From the IMG/VR virus record IMGVR_UViG_3300031772_000016, positions 1-64,000 of that record: DNA of 64,000 nucleotides; one strand, 5' to 3'. Below, piece after piece: positions 55,682 to 64,000 of this stretch. This stretch comes from a virus. Each line of letters begins with the position of its first letter. Positions within the stretch are counted from its first letter, which is position 1. Below the pieces are notes generated by a model that was not told where the DNA came from, searched no databases, and was given only the letters and a program-made list of their open reading frames with translations. Made by a program: the position numbers and the translations under genes.

Positions 55682-56686
55682 ATGGATCGCATAGCATTAG
55701 CAAAGAGGTTGGAGGGTCTGTCGAAGGTGTTTGCGAGTACTACGCCGTACCACAGAGACCTGAAGGCGATGGCAGAGGTATTGACCAAGGTCGAGGATGA
55801 GAAGTTCGCGACTATCCTGAGTCCGGATTTCACAGCCGAGGCTGCTGCGGAGATAGATGCTGCATATCAGCGTGGTCAGAATCTACCTGGTATGAGTCAA
55901 AGTATGAGGACTACACCTAGCACAGGTACGACACCTTTGGCTGATCCTCAGATAGCTTTGAAAACGATCAAGAGTAATCCAAATGCTACTATTGAGGATG
56001 CTCTTGCTCTTGTTCGTAAATATCCTGAGTTCAAGCTAACTCCTATTAGTGAGCTTATGGGTGTAACGAGTCCTGCGCATATCCCAGCCCCTGCTCCTGC
56101 GGTAGCTCCTGTCAAAATGGCATCAGAAGAGAACACTGGTATGTTTTGGAGCAAGGAAGCATCTGAGGCTGTACAGAACAATCTGGTCCGTGACGTGGTA
56201 GGTATGGACAAGTCGATCTGCTGTGACACTAAGCGTCACCTGGACAAGGGTCAGGTTCCTGATGGCTCACATGACGGTGAAAAAGCTCCTACGCTGAAGA
56301 AAGAACAGACACCGGATCAGAGCAAGTCACTTGATTCTGGTATCGTCGAGAAGTCTCATGGTAAGGTGAACAAGGAAGCTTCGGAAGAGCCCGTGGCTTG
56401 TGATGATAAGGCTAAGAAAGAAGAAGAGAGCAAAGAAGCAGCCGCGGCAGCAGAGTCTGCAGCAGCTAAGGCTAAGAAGGAAAAGGAAGAGGCTGCTGCT
56501 AAGAAGAAAGCAGAAGAGACCGCAGAAGCTGTTAAAGATATGAAGAAGGCTAAGGACGCAACAGTAGCTCCTGTTACAGAAGAGAAAGACGCTACTCTCG
56601 AAGACAGTTTTGAGCTCGGTGATGCTATGGATGAGATCACATTGGACGCTGCTGAGCAGGATAAATTGAGCCAGCTTTTTGCATAA
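55682..56686 (+). CDS. Charged hypothetical protein between sheath and tube
   Basis: E/K/A-rich with KMAS, KEAS, KEAA and KDAT motifs. Confidence 0.7.
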   Translation: MDRIALAKRLEGLSKVFASTTPYHRDLKAMAEVLTKVEDEKFATILSPDFTAEAAAEIDAAYQRGQNLPGMSQSMRTTPSTGTTPLADPQIALKTIKSNPNATIEDALALVRKYPEFKLTPISELMGVTSPAHIPAPAPAVAPVKMASEENTGMFWSKEASEAVQNNLVRDVVGMDKSICCDTKRHLDKGQVPDGSHDGEKAPTLKKEQTPDQSKSLDSGIVEKSHGKVNKEASEEPVACDDKAKKEEESKEAAAAAESAAAKAKKEKEEAAAKKKAEETAEAVKDMKKAKDATVAPVTEEKDATLEDSFELGDAMDEITLDAAEQDKLSQLFA

Positions 56687-56714
56687 GAATTCTGTAATCA
56701 GAAGGAGTTGATTT

Positions 56715-57434
56715 ATGGCAGGAAGAGATAGAGATACATACGTACATCGTATGGGTATCACTCCAGAGACGGCGTCTGTAATAAGTTCTAAGAACAGAAT
56801 TTATGCTACGCCTGCTGATGGTGGTAGCCAACTTTTTCAGATTGGTGTTGTCGCTACTTTTGACCCCAGTGAGACACGGACTATCGAGCCTGTGCGTGGC
56901 ATTGGTTTTGGTGACCATGTCGCTGAGCTGGTACCTGGCGTTACTGAGCCTATGACGCTGGCAGTTACGCGTACGGCACAGTATCTGTCCATGATTTACC
57001 AGGTGTTTGGGTACAAGGGTGGCGTTGATGGGTTGGTGAGATCTCTTCGTCATCACAAGTGGCCTTTTGATATTGTGCAGGAGCTTATTCTGAGCAATCT
57101 GGATGATGTTACTGCACAGGCGAATGAAGTCAGTGGTAATCTCAGTACTCTGGCAGGAGCTCAGGCTATCCTGACCTATTTCCAGGGATGCTGGATATCT
57201 GACTATAGCGTGTCATACGCTGCTGATGCTGCTCTGGTACAGGAGTCGGTGACAGTGAATGTTACAGATATCATTGGTGACACTCAGACATCTTACTCAG
57301 ACACCCTTGGGTTCAGTAATGATAAGCTGTTCAATGTTGGCGCTCGGTCTAAGATGGTGAACTCTGGTTTCAATCCTAACGTACAAGGACGTCAGGGAGA
57401 GACACCGGCGGGCGCTGGTCTTACGTTACAGTAG
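56715..57434 (+). CDS. Tail tube protein
   Basis: QIGVV...SETRTIEPVRGIG, ELVPG, PFDI, YFQGCWISDYS, LVQESVTV; downstream of the sheath. Confidence 0.85.
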   Translation: MAGRDRDTYVHRMGITPETASVISSKNRIYATPADGGSQLFQIGVVATFDPSETRTIEPVRGIGFGDHVAELVPGVTEPMTLAVTRTAQYLSMIYQVFGYKGGVDGLVRSLRHHKWPFDIVQELILSNLDDVTAQANEVSGNLSTLAGAQAILTYFQGCWISDYSVSYAADAALVQESVTVNVTDIIGDTQTSYSDTLGFSNDKLFNVGARSKMVNSGFNPNVQGRQGETPAGAGLTLQ

Positions 57435-57631
57435 TAGGTAGAGTTTGACGGGGGATATCCCCGGGATTTTCAGATATAAATAACATATTATATTCTATAT
57501 TTCTATACATGACATAAAATAAGATGGTTATACTATATAGCCTCTTCAAATCCCCTTTGTATCTCCCCGCGATAGTATTGTTTTCTCGGTATTTTTTTTA
57601 TATCTCAAACCATATTCGTTAGGAGTCCCTC

Positions 57632-58192
57632 ATGGGTCTGACTGATGTTTTTCAGGCTATCCAGAAAAAGTTCAGTTTCAGCAAGGTCGTGGAAATTTCG
57701 GGTATCAAGTTCGAGTTAAGCATACTCTCTTTTGACCAGGAGTTAAAGTCAGAGTCTTTCCCACAAGGAGATGCAGATCCTCTGGCGTACTACAACGAGA
57801 CCCGTAGGTATACGCTATCTCATGCTATCCGGAGTATAGATGGAGAGGTAGTTCCTGAGGTGGTTGAGATTAAAAACGGTAGTAAGATAGAAAAAATTCA
57901 GGGATCTCTCTACGTTAAAGGGGTCCTATCCAAGCTACCTGTTAAGATAGTTGAGCAGCTGTTTGATGCTTATATAGATATCAAAGAAGAGTATGAAGGT
58001 ATGCTAGACAAAGAGTTGAAGTATGACTGGTTTAAGACACCGGAGCAGAGAGACGCAGAGAGAAAAAGCAAGACAGAGGAGAAGAGCGATTCAGAAGAGC
58101 CTAAGTCTGAGGATAGTGCGCAAGCTACAGAAGAAGCACCTATTAATTTTGTAGAAATTCCTAAACCAGTAGATGACGCAGAGAAAGTTTAA
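57632..58192 (+). CDS. Tail assembly chaperone (putative)
   Basis: Between tube and tape measure; LSHAIRSIDG, VEQLFDAY. Confidence 0.65.
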   Translation: MGLTDVFQAIQKKFSFSKVVEISGIKFELSILSFDQELKSESFPQGDADPLAYYNETRRYTLSHAIRSIDGEVVPEVVEIKNGSKIEKIQGSLYVKGVLSKLPVKIVEQLFDAYIDIKEEYEGMLDKELKYDWFKTPEQRDAERKSKTEEKSDSEEPKSEDSAQATEEAPINFVEIPKPVDDAEKV

Positions 58193-59247
58193 TGGGCCTC
58201 AATGTTCAACAGGCATATGACAGCATAGAGAAGATATTGCTGTACGGGTTCGTAACAGTGGGGGTTTCCTATGGAGACAACCACTTTTTGTTTAAAAACA
58301 TAACAGATAAAGAGTATTTAAATTTAGGTTTATATCGTAGTACAGATAATCTTAGCTCTGAGGTTTTGTATCACCTGGCTTTTTGCACGGTTTTTATTAA
58401 TAGTAGAAATTTTCTTGAGGATAGGTTCCGGAGCATACATGATTTGGTCTGTATCTTTAGGAGCATGCCAGTACCGTTCATAGTTAGAGTGCGGGATGCT
58501 ATAAAAAAGCTAAATGAAGAATATTTGGCAGCAATAAAGTTTCTGGAGGGATTTTGCTACACAGATCGATCTCGATATCTTTGGAGAGTATTTGATGTGA
58601 ATAATCGCAGCGGTTTTCTTGGTATACCTGGGTTGGATAGTGTGGGTATGAATTCGGCTCAGGAGAACTGGACGATAATAAACAAGAGATTAGATGATGA
58701 GGAGGCGTATGGTAGGGATTTTAATTTTGCGTTGTTAGTAGCCTCCTCAATGAATCCTAAAGGCACTAAGGTCCTATCAAGGAACTACGATTTTCACAAA
58801 AAAGAGTTAGAGGAACTTAGGGAGGATATCGCTAAATACGGGTATGATAGAAAGAGAGTGGAAGAGCAGAAGAAGGAAGCGGTGTGGACGGCACCTATAA
58901 AGAGTCGTGAGGATTTGGTACGAGAGTTATACCGTCAGATGTCAGGCAAGAAGGACAAGCATGATCTATTCATAGAAGCATGGATAAAGCAGCAGAGAGA
59001 TTTGGCTGAGAGGGCTAAAAATCAGGCAGAGGCTCGACAGCAAGAGTTCAGGGCCAAGGTCCAGGATATGGATCTCAGTAAGGTAGAAGGTTCAAGACCT
59101 ATATCCACATCAGAACTCAATAAGATAATGGCTCAGAGGAAGTCTTCGGTGTCTGTGAGCACACCTATGGTGGTTCCGGATGAGCAAGGAGAAAAAGAAC
59201 GGTATATCAGGAAGATAAGCTCTACGATTATACGCTCTGAGGAGTAA
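58192..59247 (+). CDS. Tail assembly protein (putative)
   Basis: TAATG overlap with the previous gene; directly precedes the tape measure. Confidence 0.55.
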   Translation: MGLNVQQAYDSIEKILLYGFVTVGVSYGDNHFLFKNITDKEYLNLGLYRSTDNLSSEVLYHLAFCTVFINSRNFLEDRFRSIHDLVCIFRSMPVPFIVRVRDAIKKLNEEYLAAIKFLEGFCYTDRSRYLWRVFDVNNRSGFLGIPGLDSVGMNSAQENWTIINKRLDDEEAYGRDFNFALLVASSMNPKGTKVLSRNYDFHKKELEELREDIAKYGYDRKRVEEQKKEAVWTAPIKSREDLVRELYRQMSGKKDKHDLFIEAWIKQQRDLAERAKNQAEARQQEFRAKVQDMDLSKVEGSRPISTSELNKIMAQRKSSVSVSTPMVVPDEQGEKERYIRKISSTIIRSEE

Positions 59248-59251
59248 GTTT

Positions 59252-62200
59252 ATGGCTGCTGTGCAAGATCCTAACAAAGAATTAGAAGCCAAGAAGGCCC
59301 TGTTAACTTTACAGGGTATGATTCTTAAGGCTACTGATAACACTACTGATGCTATTCTGCGTGGTAATAGAGCACACGCCAAGAGTGCTGCTATTTTGAA
59401 AACTATTGACAGTATAAATCGTAAGACAGAAAAGACGAGAGATAAAATAAGGAAATCTGTAGAGGATGAGCAACATAGAACCAGTAAGGTACTTACTGAT
59501 TTAGAGAGTAAAATAAAAGTTCAAAAAGATGATCTCATATTACAGAAGACCACATTAAGGGTAATGCAGAGGGTTGGAGCTACAGATAAAAAGATAGCTG
59601 TAGCCAAGAGTAATATAAGGTCTTCTGAGCAAAAGATAGTTAAGTTAGAGGAAGCGCATAATAGAAGAAATGCAGCATTTAAGAAGTTCATTATTTTCCA
59701 AAAAGATCAGCTCAAGAAGGAAATTAAGGGTAACAGGATATTATCAGATGTTCAGCAAAAGTATGAGGCTACTGACGTTTATTTTATAAAGAATGCCGAG
59801 GAGTATAACGATGCTTTGGAGCATAGGCTTAAGCTACAGGAGGAGTGCGTAGATGCCCTTCAGAAAGCTGGTAAGATAACAGAAGCTCAAGCTAAGAACA
59901 GAAAGAAGGAGATAAGAGGAGAGTCGAATGTAGCAGAGACAAGAGCCGGTCTACGTGGTAAAGCTACTCCTCGAGAGGATGCCCAAGAGAGGTATCGAGA
60001 GTATGTCAAAGAAAACGCTCCTAGATTCAAGGTAGATAGCAGAGGTAAGCCAAGAATCAGTGGGAAGTTTATTTCTAAAGAAGAGGCTACGAGACAAAAA
60101 GGTGAGGCTCTTGAATTTGGTAAGAAAGAGAAGTTTGCTGTAGGTAAAGACCTAGCTGGTAGTGTTCAGTCTTTTGCCTCAGCTAAAGGTTTCAAAGGTA
60201 GGTTGGAGGCTGCCAAGGGTATTCAGGACTCTCTCGGTAAGCTCAAGACATTAAACTCTACCCTGGGTGAGACGGCTGGCTTGGCTAAAGGTGCCGCAGG
60301 CATGTTTCAGGGGTTGGGCTCTGCAATGGGTATGTTAGGTAAGATAGGGTGGATAGGGTTGATCTTGTCCGCAGTACAGATGATAGCCAGCGCGGTAAAT
60401 GACCTGAACAAGTTTGTTAAACAGTACAACAAATCTTTTGTTAAGATGTACGGTCCTACGGTAGCGTTAAAAGACGTATCGGGCAGCATGAAGAATTTTT
60501 CAGATGCCGTGTTTGACATGAATAGGAATCTCAAGTACGGTTTAAAGAGTGAAGACATCATGGGGTTGTTTGAGGCTATGTCAGCAGGTGGTCTATCTTT
60601 GCAGGGTGTGGGTAAAAGAATAGGCGGGGGCTATAATGAGGTCATTCTTGAGGCCACTAAACTTAGTAAGGATTTTGGTGTAGATTTGAGTGAGATGGGT
60701 GGCATGATCTCTGACCAGATGATAGATCTCAGAGCCTCTTTGAATGATGTTAGTGACTCTATGGAAGCTATGGCTTATGACGCTTCTATCGCTGGTATAA
60801 AGTCTCAGAAATTCTATGAGGCAGTTTCTGCTGCTACGAGTGCTCTGGGGTATTACGGCAACTATCTCAACAGTACGTCAGCCATGCTGCGTACATTCGC
60901 TGACAAAGGTGCCATGCCGTTTAAGGACGCTGCTAAAGAGGCACAGGATTTGATGAGTGTATTTAGCGGTATGGATACACAGAAGAAGATGGGCTTTATA
61001 CAGATGGTAGGTGATAAAAAAGTACGATCTGATATGAATGATAGAGCTGAGCAGATAGCAAAAGAAGAGGATGTACTCACAGAGCGTATAGCAGCGGCAA
61101 AAGAGTCTGCCAGGATAGCAGTAGATGCAGACACTAAGGAAAAGAAGCTTAAAGAGGCGAGCGCTTTGGAGGAGGAGAAAGCTGCTAAAAGGAGAGTTCG
61201 TATAAACCTGAAGGCGTATGCTAAAGGAGACACACAGGCTTTGGCTACAGGTTTGAATTATATGACGGATAAGACCGTAGACTATTTGATATCCAACCTA
61301 AAGAGTGCAGGAGTGTCAGATATTTTTGACACCGAGAATTTGTTAGCTAAAGCAAATATTCTTGCTACGACTGCTCAGATGCCAGCGGAAGCTCTTACGA
61401 AGCTTTTGGAGACGGGTAGGGTCGTATTAGCAGATGCAAAAAAGTCAGCAGAGTTTATTGGCGATAAGTTTGAGAAGATTCCGGAGGATAGCAGGGAAGC
61501 GTTGAAGGGTATTATGAGCGGAGTCATGGATAGTGTGGCTAAAGGAGAGGTCATAGACGAGGATGCGTTAAGGTCAAATCTCACTGATTTTGTTAAGTCT
61601 GGCAATAAATTAGGTATGAGCGTTGAGGACTTCATAGGCCAGTTTAAGAGCAATGCATATCTTCTGGACAAAGCTATTTCTGGTCTTGATCTGAATAATG
61701 AGCAAAACAGAAAAGATGTCTCTGAATTGTTTATGAAGACCGGTGTTAGTATGAAAAGTGGAGCCCAAGACCAGGCAAACCGTCTCGATGAGATTGTTAA
61801 GAACACCACATCTTTTGAGGACTTTCTTGGTATAGGCAAAGAGAACATGAAATACATGGCTGCCATGGCCGGTGGCGGTAAGCTTCAGGATATGGCAAAT
61901 TCGGCAGCTATGGTTACGGCTCAAAAAGTGGGCGGAATTTTAGGGCTTCTTCAGAAGTGGATGACAGGTAAAAAAGATTCGTATGTGCAGGATGATGATT
62001 TTAAAGCGAAGGGCGGATCTTTTGATCAGATTGCTGATGCTACTATCAAGACTGTTCTGTTGCAGAAAAAGCTCTTTGATTTAGAAACCAAGTATGAGAA
62101 AAATCCAAGTCCTGTAATGAAGAGTCAAATGGAGCAAATAAAAGGTCAAATAAGCTCGTTGAATAGCATAAAGGATGGTTTATCTAAAGAGAGAACCGAC

Positions 62201-62737
62201 TTAGCTATTGAAGCTGTTCTCGCAGGTGGAGAGGCAGCACAGGGCATGTTTTCCGAGCAGACTAAGTTGAGTAATAGAAAAAGTGAGCTGGAAACTAGCA
62301 TATCCGAGGGATCTTTATCAGGGTCCGACCTTTTGAGTGCCAAGGAGGAGTTGTCGGAAACGGAGGACGCGCTTAAGCGTATAGCATACGCAATCAACAA
62401 CCCTACGGGGTCGTCTCAGCCTACGTACACCCCGAGTAGTAACATTCCTACAGCAAAAGATGCTCAAATTACTAAAAGTGGATTGTTGTATGGTACAGAG
62501 GGTGACATACTAGCTAATAAGAGTGATGGCGCTAAGATGATAACTGCCGGTATGGGTCAGTTCGCTAATAGATTGCTGTCTGGAGGTGGTGGTCAGGCGG
62601 GTACTGTAGTGTCTTTGAGTCTCAGTATAGGTAACATAAACGGTGTGGTAAATACGGAGAGCTTCTTGAAAGAGGCAGGACCGGCACTACAGCAGTTGGT
62701 TGCTCGTGAGTATAATGATCGACAGAAGAGGTCGTGA
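59252..62737 (+). CDS. Tape measure protein
   Basis: 1161-aa helical A/K/E/M/G-rich protein with a hydrophobic segment, in the canonical position. Confidence 0.8.
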   Translation: MAAVQDPNKELEAKKALLTLQGMILKATDNTTDAILRGNRAHAKSAAILKTIDSINRKTEKTRDKIRKSVEDEQHRTSKVLTDLESKIKVQKDDLILQKTTLRVMQRVGATDKKIAVAKSNIRSSEQKIVKLEEAHNRRNAAFKKFIIFQKDQLKKEIKGNRILSDVQQKYEATDVYFIKNAEEYNDALEHRLKLQEECVDALQKAGKITEAQAKNRKKEIRGESNVAETRAGLRGKATPREDAQERYREYVKENAPRFKVDSRGKPRISGKFISKEEATRQKGEALEFGKKEKFAVGKDLAGSVQSFASAKGFKGRLEAAKGIQDSLGKLKTLNSTLGETAGLAKGAAGMFQGLGSAMGMLGKIGWIGLILSAVQMIASAVNDLNKFVKQYNKSFVKMYGPTVALKDVSGSMKNFSDAVFDMNRNLKYGLKSEDIMGLFEAMSAGGLSLQGVGKRIGGGYNEVILEATKLSKDFGVDLSEMGGMISDQMIDLRASLNDVSDSMEAMAYDASIAGIKSQKFYEAVSAATSALGYYGNYLNSTSAMLRTFADKGAMPFKDAAKEAQDLMSVFSGMDTQKKMGFIQMVGDKKVRSDMNDRAEQIAKEEDVLTERIAAAKESARIAVDADTKEKKLKEASALEEEKAAKRRVRINLKAYAKGDTQALATGLNYMTDKTVDYLISNLKSAGVSDIFDTENLLAKANILATTAQMPAEALTKLLETGRVVLADAKKSAEFIGDKFEKIPEDSREALKGIMSGVMDSVAKGEVIDEDALRSNLTDFVKSGNKLGMSVEDFIGQFKSNAYLLDKAISGLDLNNEQNRKDVSELFMKTGVSMKSGAQDQANRLDEIVKNTTSFEDFLGIGKENMKYMAAMAGGGKLQDMANSAAMVTAQKVGGILGLLQKWMTGKKDSYVQDDDFKAKGGSFDQIADATIKTVLLQKKLFDLETKYEKNPSPVMKSQMEQIKGQISSLNSIKDGLSKERTDLAIEAVLAGGEAAQGMFSEQTKLSNRKSELETSISEGSLSGSDLLSAKEELSETEDALKRIAYAINNPTGSSQPTYTPSSNIPTAKDAQITKSGLLYGTEGDILANKSDGAKMITAGMGQFANRLLSGGGGQAGTVVSLSLSIGNINGVVNTESFLKEAGPALQQLVAREYNDRQKRS

Positions 62738-63879
62738 TGGCTACGATAGGTAACGTAAGTGCTGAAGAGACGGCTACAGCTCAAGCTGCTAGTTACTTTC
62801 AGCCGACACCACTCAGTGATGCTCAACTAACAGGCCGAGTTGAGCCTGCTCCTGCTAGTACTACTTTTGTAGCTTTGTCTGTTATCCCAGCGTCCCCTGT
62901 CTACATACCTTATCAGGCATCCACGTCTACAGTGTCCGCTGTAGCGGCTACGCCTGCTCCTGTGCCGACTCCTGTAGCTCCCATAGCTTCGACCCCTGCG
63001 GCTCCTGCCTCTCAAATGACTGTGGTCGATATGCAGGATCGTCCTTCCTCTATATCCCCTGGGGTAAAAGTACCAAGAGGTGATCAGGATGTGATTGATA
63101 AAGTGTTGGATAATGCGGCGGACATGGGTAGGTTTTTGGAACTGAGACCACCAATACGTAGGCTGCCGGAAGAGAATCCTTTTTACATAGAGATGCTGGA
63201 TGCTAATATGCAGCCATGTGGTATACAGCTACCGGATGGTACTGTCATACAGGCCCTGAAGATGGCACCGAATCCAGATAATCTAACAGTAAGCTCTGCT
63301 AAGATAATAAACAAATACAATACTATGACCCGGTGGGTAGAAGAGCACTGGGGAGATGAAATGGATTCTGTGAGCTTCTCTGGTAGCACTTTTTCTTTTA
63401 TGTCCTATGGGCCCGATTACAGCGGGCTGACCGTGGCTGGTAGAAGAGATACGGCGTCCTATCAGATGCTAAAGAATCTGGTAAAGTTTTATAGAATGAA
63501 TGGGTGTATCTATCAGGATAGTAATACCTACCTACCCCAGAACGATGTGGCTTTCTCAAGTGATATTCAGGGCACTGAAGTGGAATCGAGTAGTGTAGCT
63601 CCTGGAGTACCTGTACCCCTGAGTGACTATGATGCTCGTGATAAAAACTTGGCGTTTTTGACGAAGTACCCTGATTTTAAAGGGGACCACCCTAGAGCTG
63701 GGCTGGTTCGAGAGAGATTGTACATACGTTTAACTTTTGACTACGTGTCGTTCGTAGGATATTTCGAAACTTTTGATATTATAGAAGACTCAGCAAATCC
63801 TTTTAGAATGACGTATAACGCTTTGTTTAAGTCAGAGCGTACCAAATACATCCTGGGTGATAAGACATGGCCAAGATAG
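62734..63879 (+). CDS. Baseplate hub/tube-initiator-like protein
   Basis: PNPDNLTV...WVEEHWG...SFSGST...FVGYFETF...PFRMTY; follows the tape measure. Confidence 0.65.
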   Translation: MMATIGNVSAEETATAQAASYFQPTPLSDAQLTGRVEPAPASTTFVALSVIPASPVYIPYQASTSTVSAVAATPAPVPTPVAPIASTPAAPASQMTVVDMQDRPSSISPGVKVPRGDQDVIDKVLDNAADMGRFLELRPPIRRLPEENPFYIEMLDANMQPCGIQLPDGTVIQALKMAPNPDNLTVSSAKIINKYNTMTRWVEEHWGDEMDSVSFSGSTFSFMSYGPDYSGLTVAGRRDTASYQMLKNLVKFYRMNGCIYQDSNTYLPQNDVAFSSDIQGTEVESSSVAPGVPVPLSDYDARDKNLAFLTKYPDFKGDHPRAGLVRERLYIRLTFDYVSFVGYFETFDIIEDSANPFRMTYNALFKSERTKYILGDKTWPR

Positions 63880-64000
63880 ACAGCGGTAGCACTGTTGACA
63901 CTCTGTCTGTTTTGATGGGCAGAGAGGGTGGAGATCTTCACTTTAGAAATAAAGCGGGATTGACTGCCTTCTCTAATTGGGTGTCCGCGGCCAATGTGCC
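63867..64000 (+). CDS. 3'-truncated hypothetical (next baseplate gene)
   Basis: ATG 63867 MAKIDSG... is open to the window end. Confidence 0.45.
   Translation, partial: MAKIDSGSTVDTLSVLMGREGGDLHFRNKAGLTAFSNWVSAANV

Noticed and set aside
58170-58200. Programmed frameshift between the tail chaperone genes
   Set aside because: No canonical XXXYYYZ slippery heptamer near the stop; the TAATG overlap is explained by translational coupling.
7506-62400. Long antisense ORFs (e.g. 7506-8084, 10993-11661, 54870-55643, 61375-61866)
   Set aside because: Shadows of biased + strand coding sequence, with no RBS, promoter or recognisable motifs.
1-64000. Stop-codon reassignment, tRNA or rRNA genes
   Set aside because: Genes tile densely under the standard code with TAA, TAG and TGA all used as stops; no cloverleaf or rRNA-like sequence was recognised.

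Overview
A 64-kb segment of a large (jumbo-type) contractile-tailed phage genome, almost entirely + strand, standard genetic code. It covers the virion morphogenesis region: a terminase-type nuclease domain, portal, prohead protease, scaffold, decoration protein, major capsid protein (split by a group I intron), probable head-internal proteins, neck proteins, tail sheath, tube, chaperones, tape measure and the start of the baseplate. Eight endonuclease-bearing selfish elements are present: 1 intron ORF, 2 LAGLIDADG inteins, 3 free-standing HNH/Vsr-like genes and 2 LAGLIDADG-DNA methyltransferase fusions. Best candidates for new biology: (1) a 109-aa protein made of two ungapped copies of a 39-aa segment of the phage's own portal, plus a stand-alone terminase nuclease domain (possible packaging regulators or immune decoys); (2) two paralogous LAGLIDADG+methyltransferase fusions with their own sigma70-type promoters; (3) a four-module glycosyltransferase next to small G-x-T-G-rich proteins (possible virion glycosylation); (4) shared K/R-x-A-S/A motifs suggesting protease-processed packaged cargo, including a 2H-phosphoesterase (Acb1-like) fusion. 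Two promoter classes are visible: TAATA-N6-TAATA and TTGAYT-N17-TATATT. All functional calls come from motif recognition by eye; no database searches were run.
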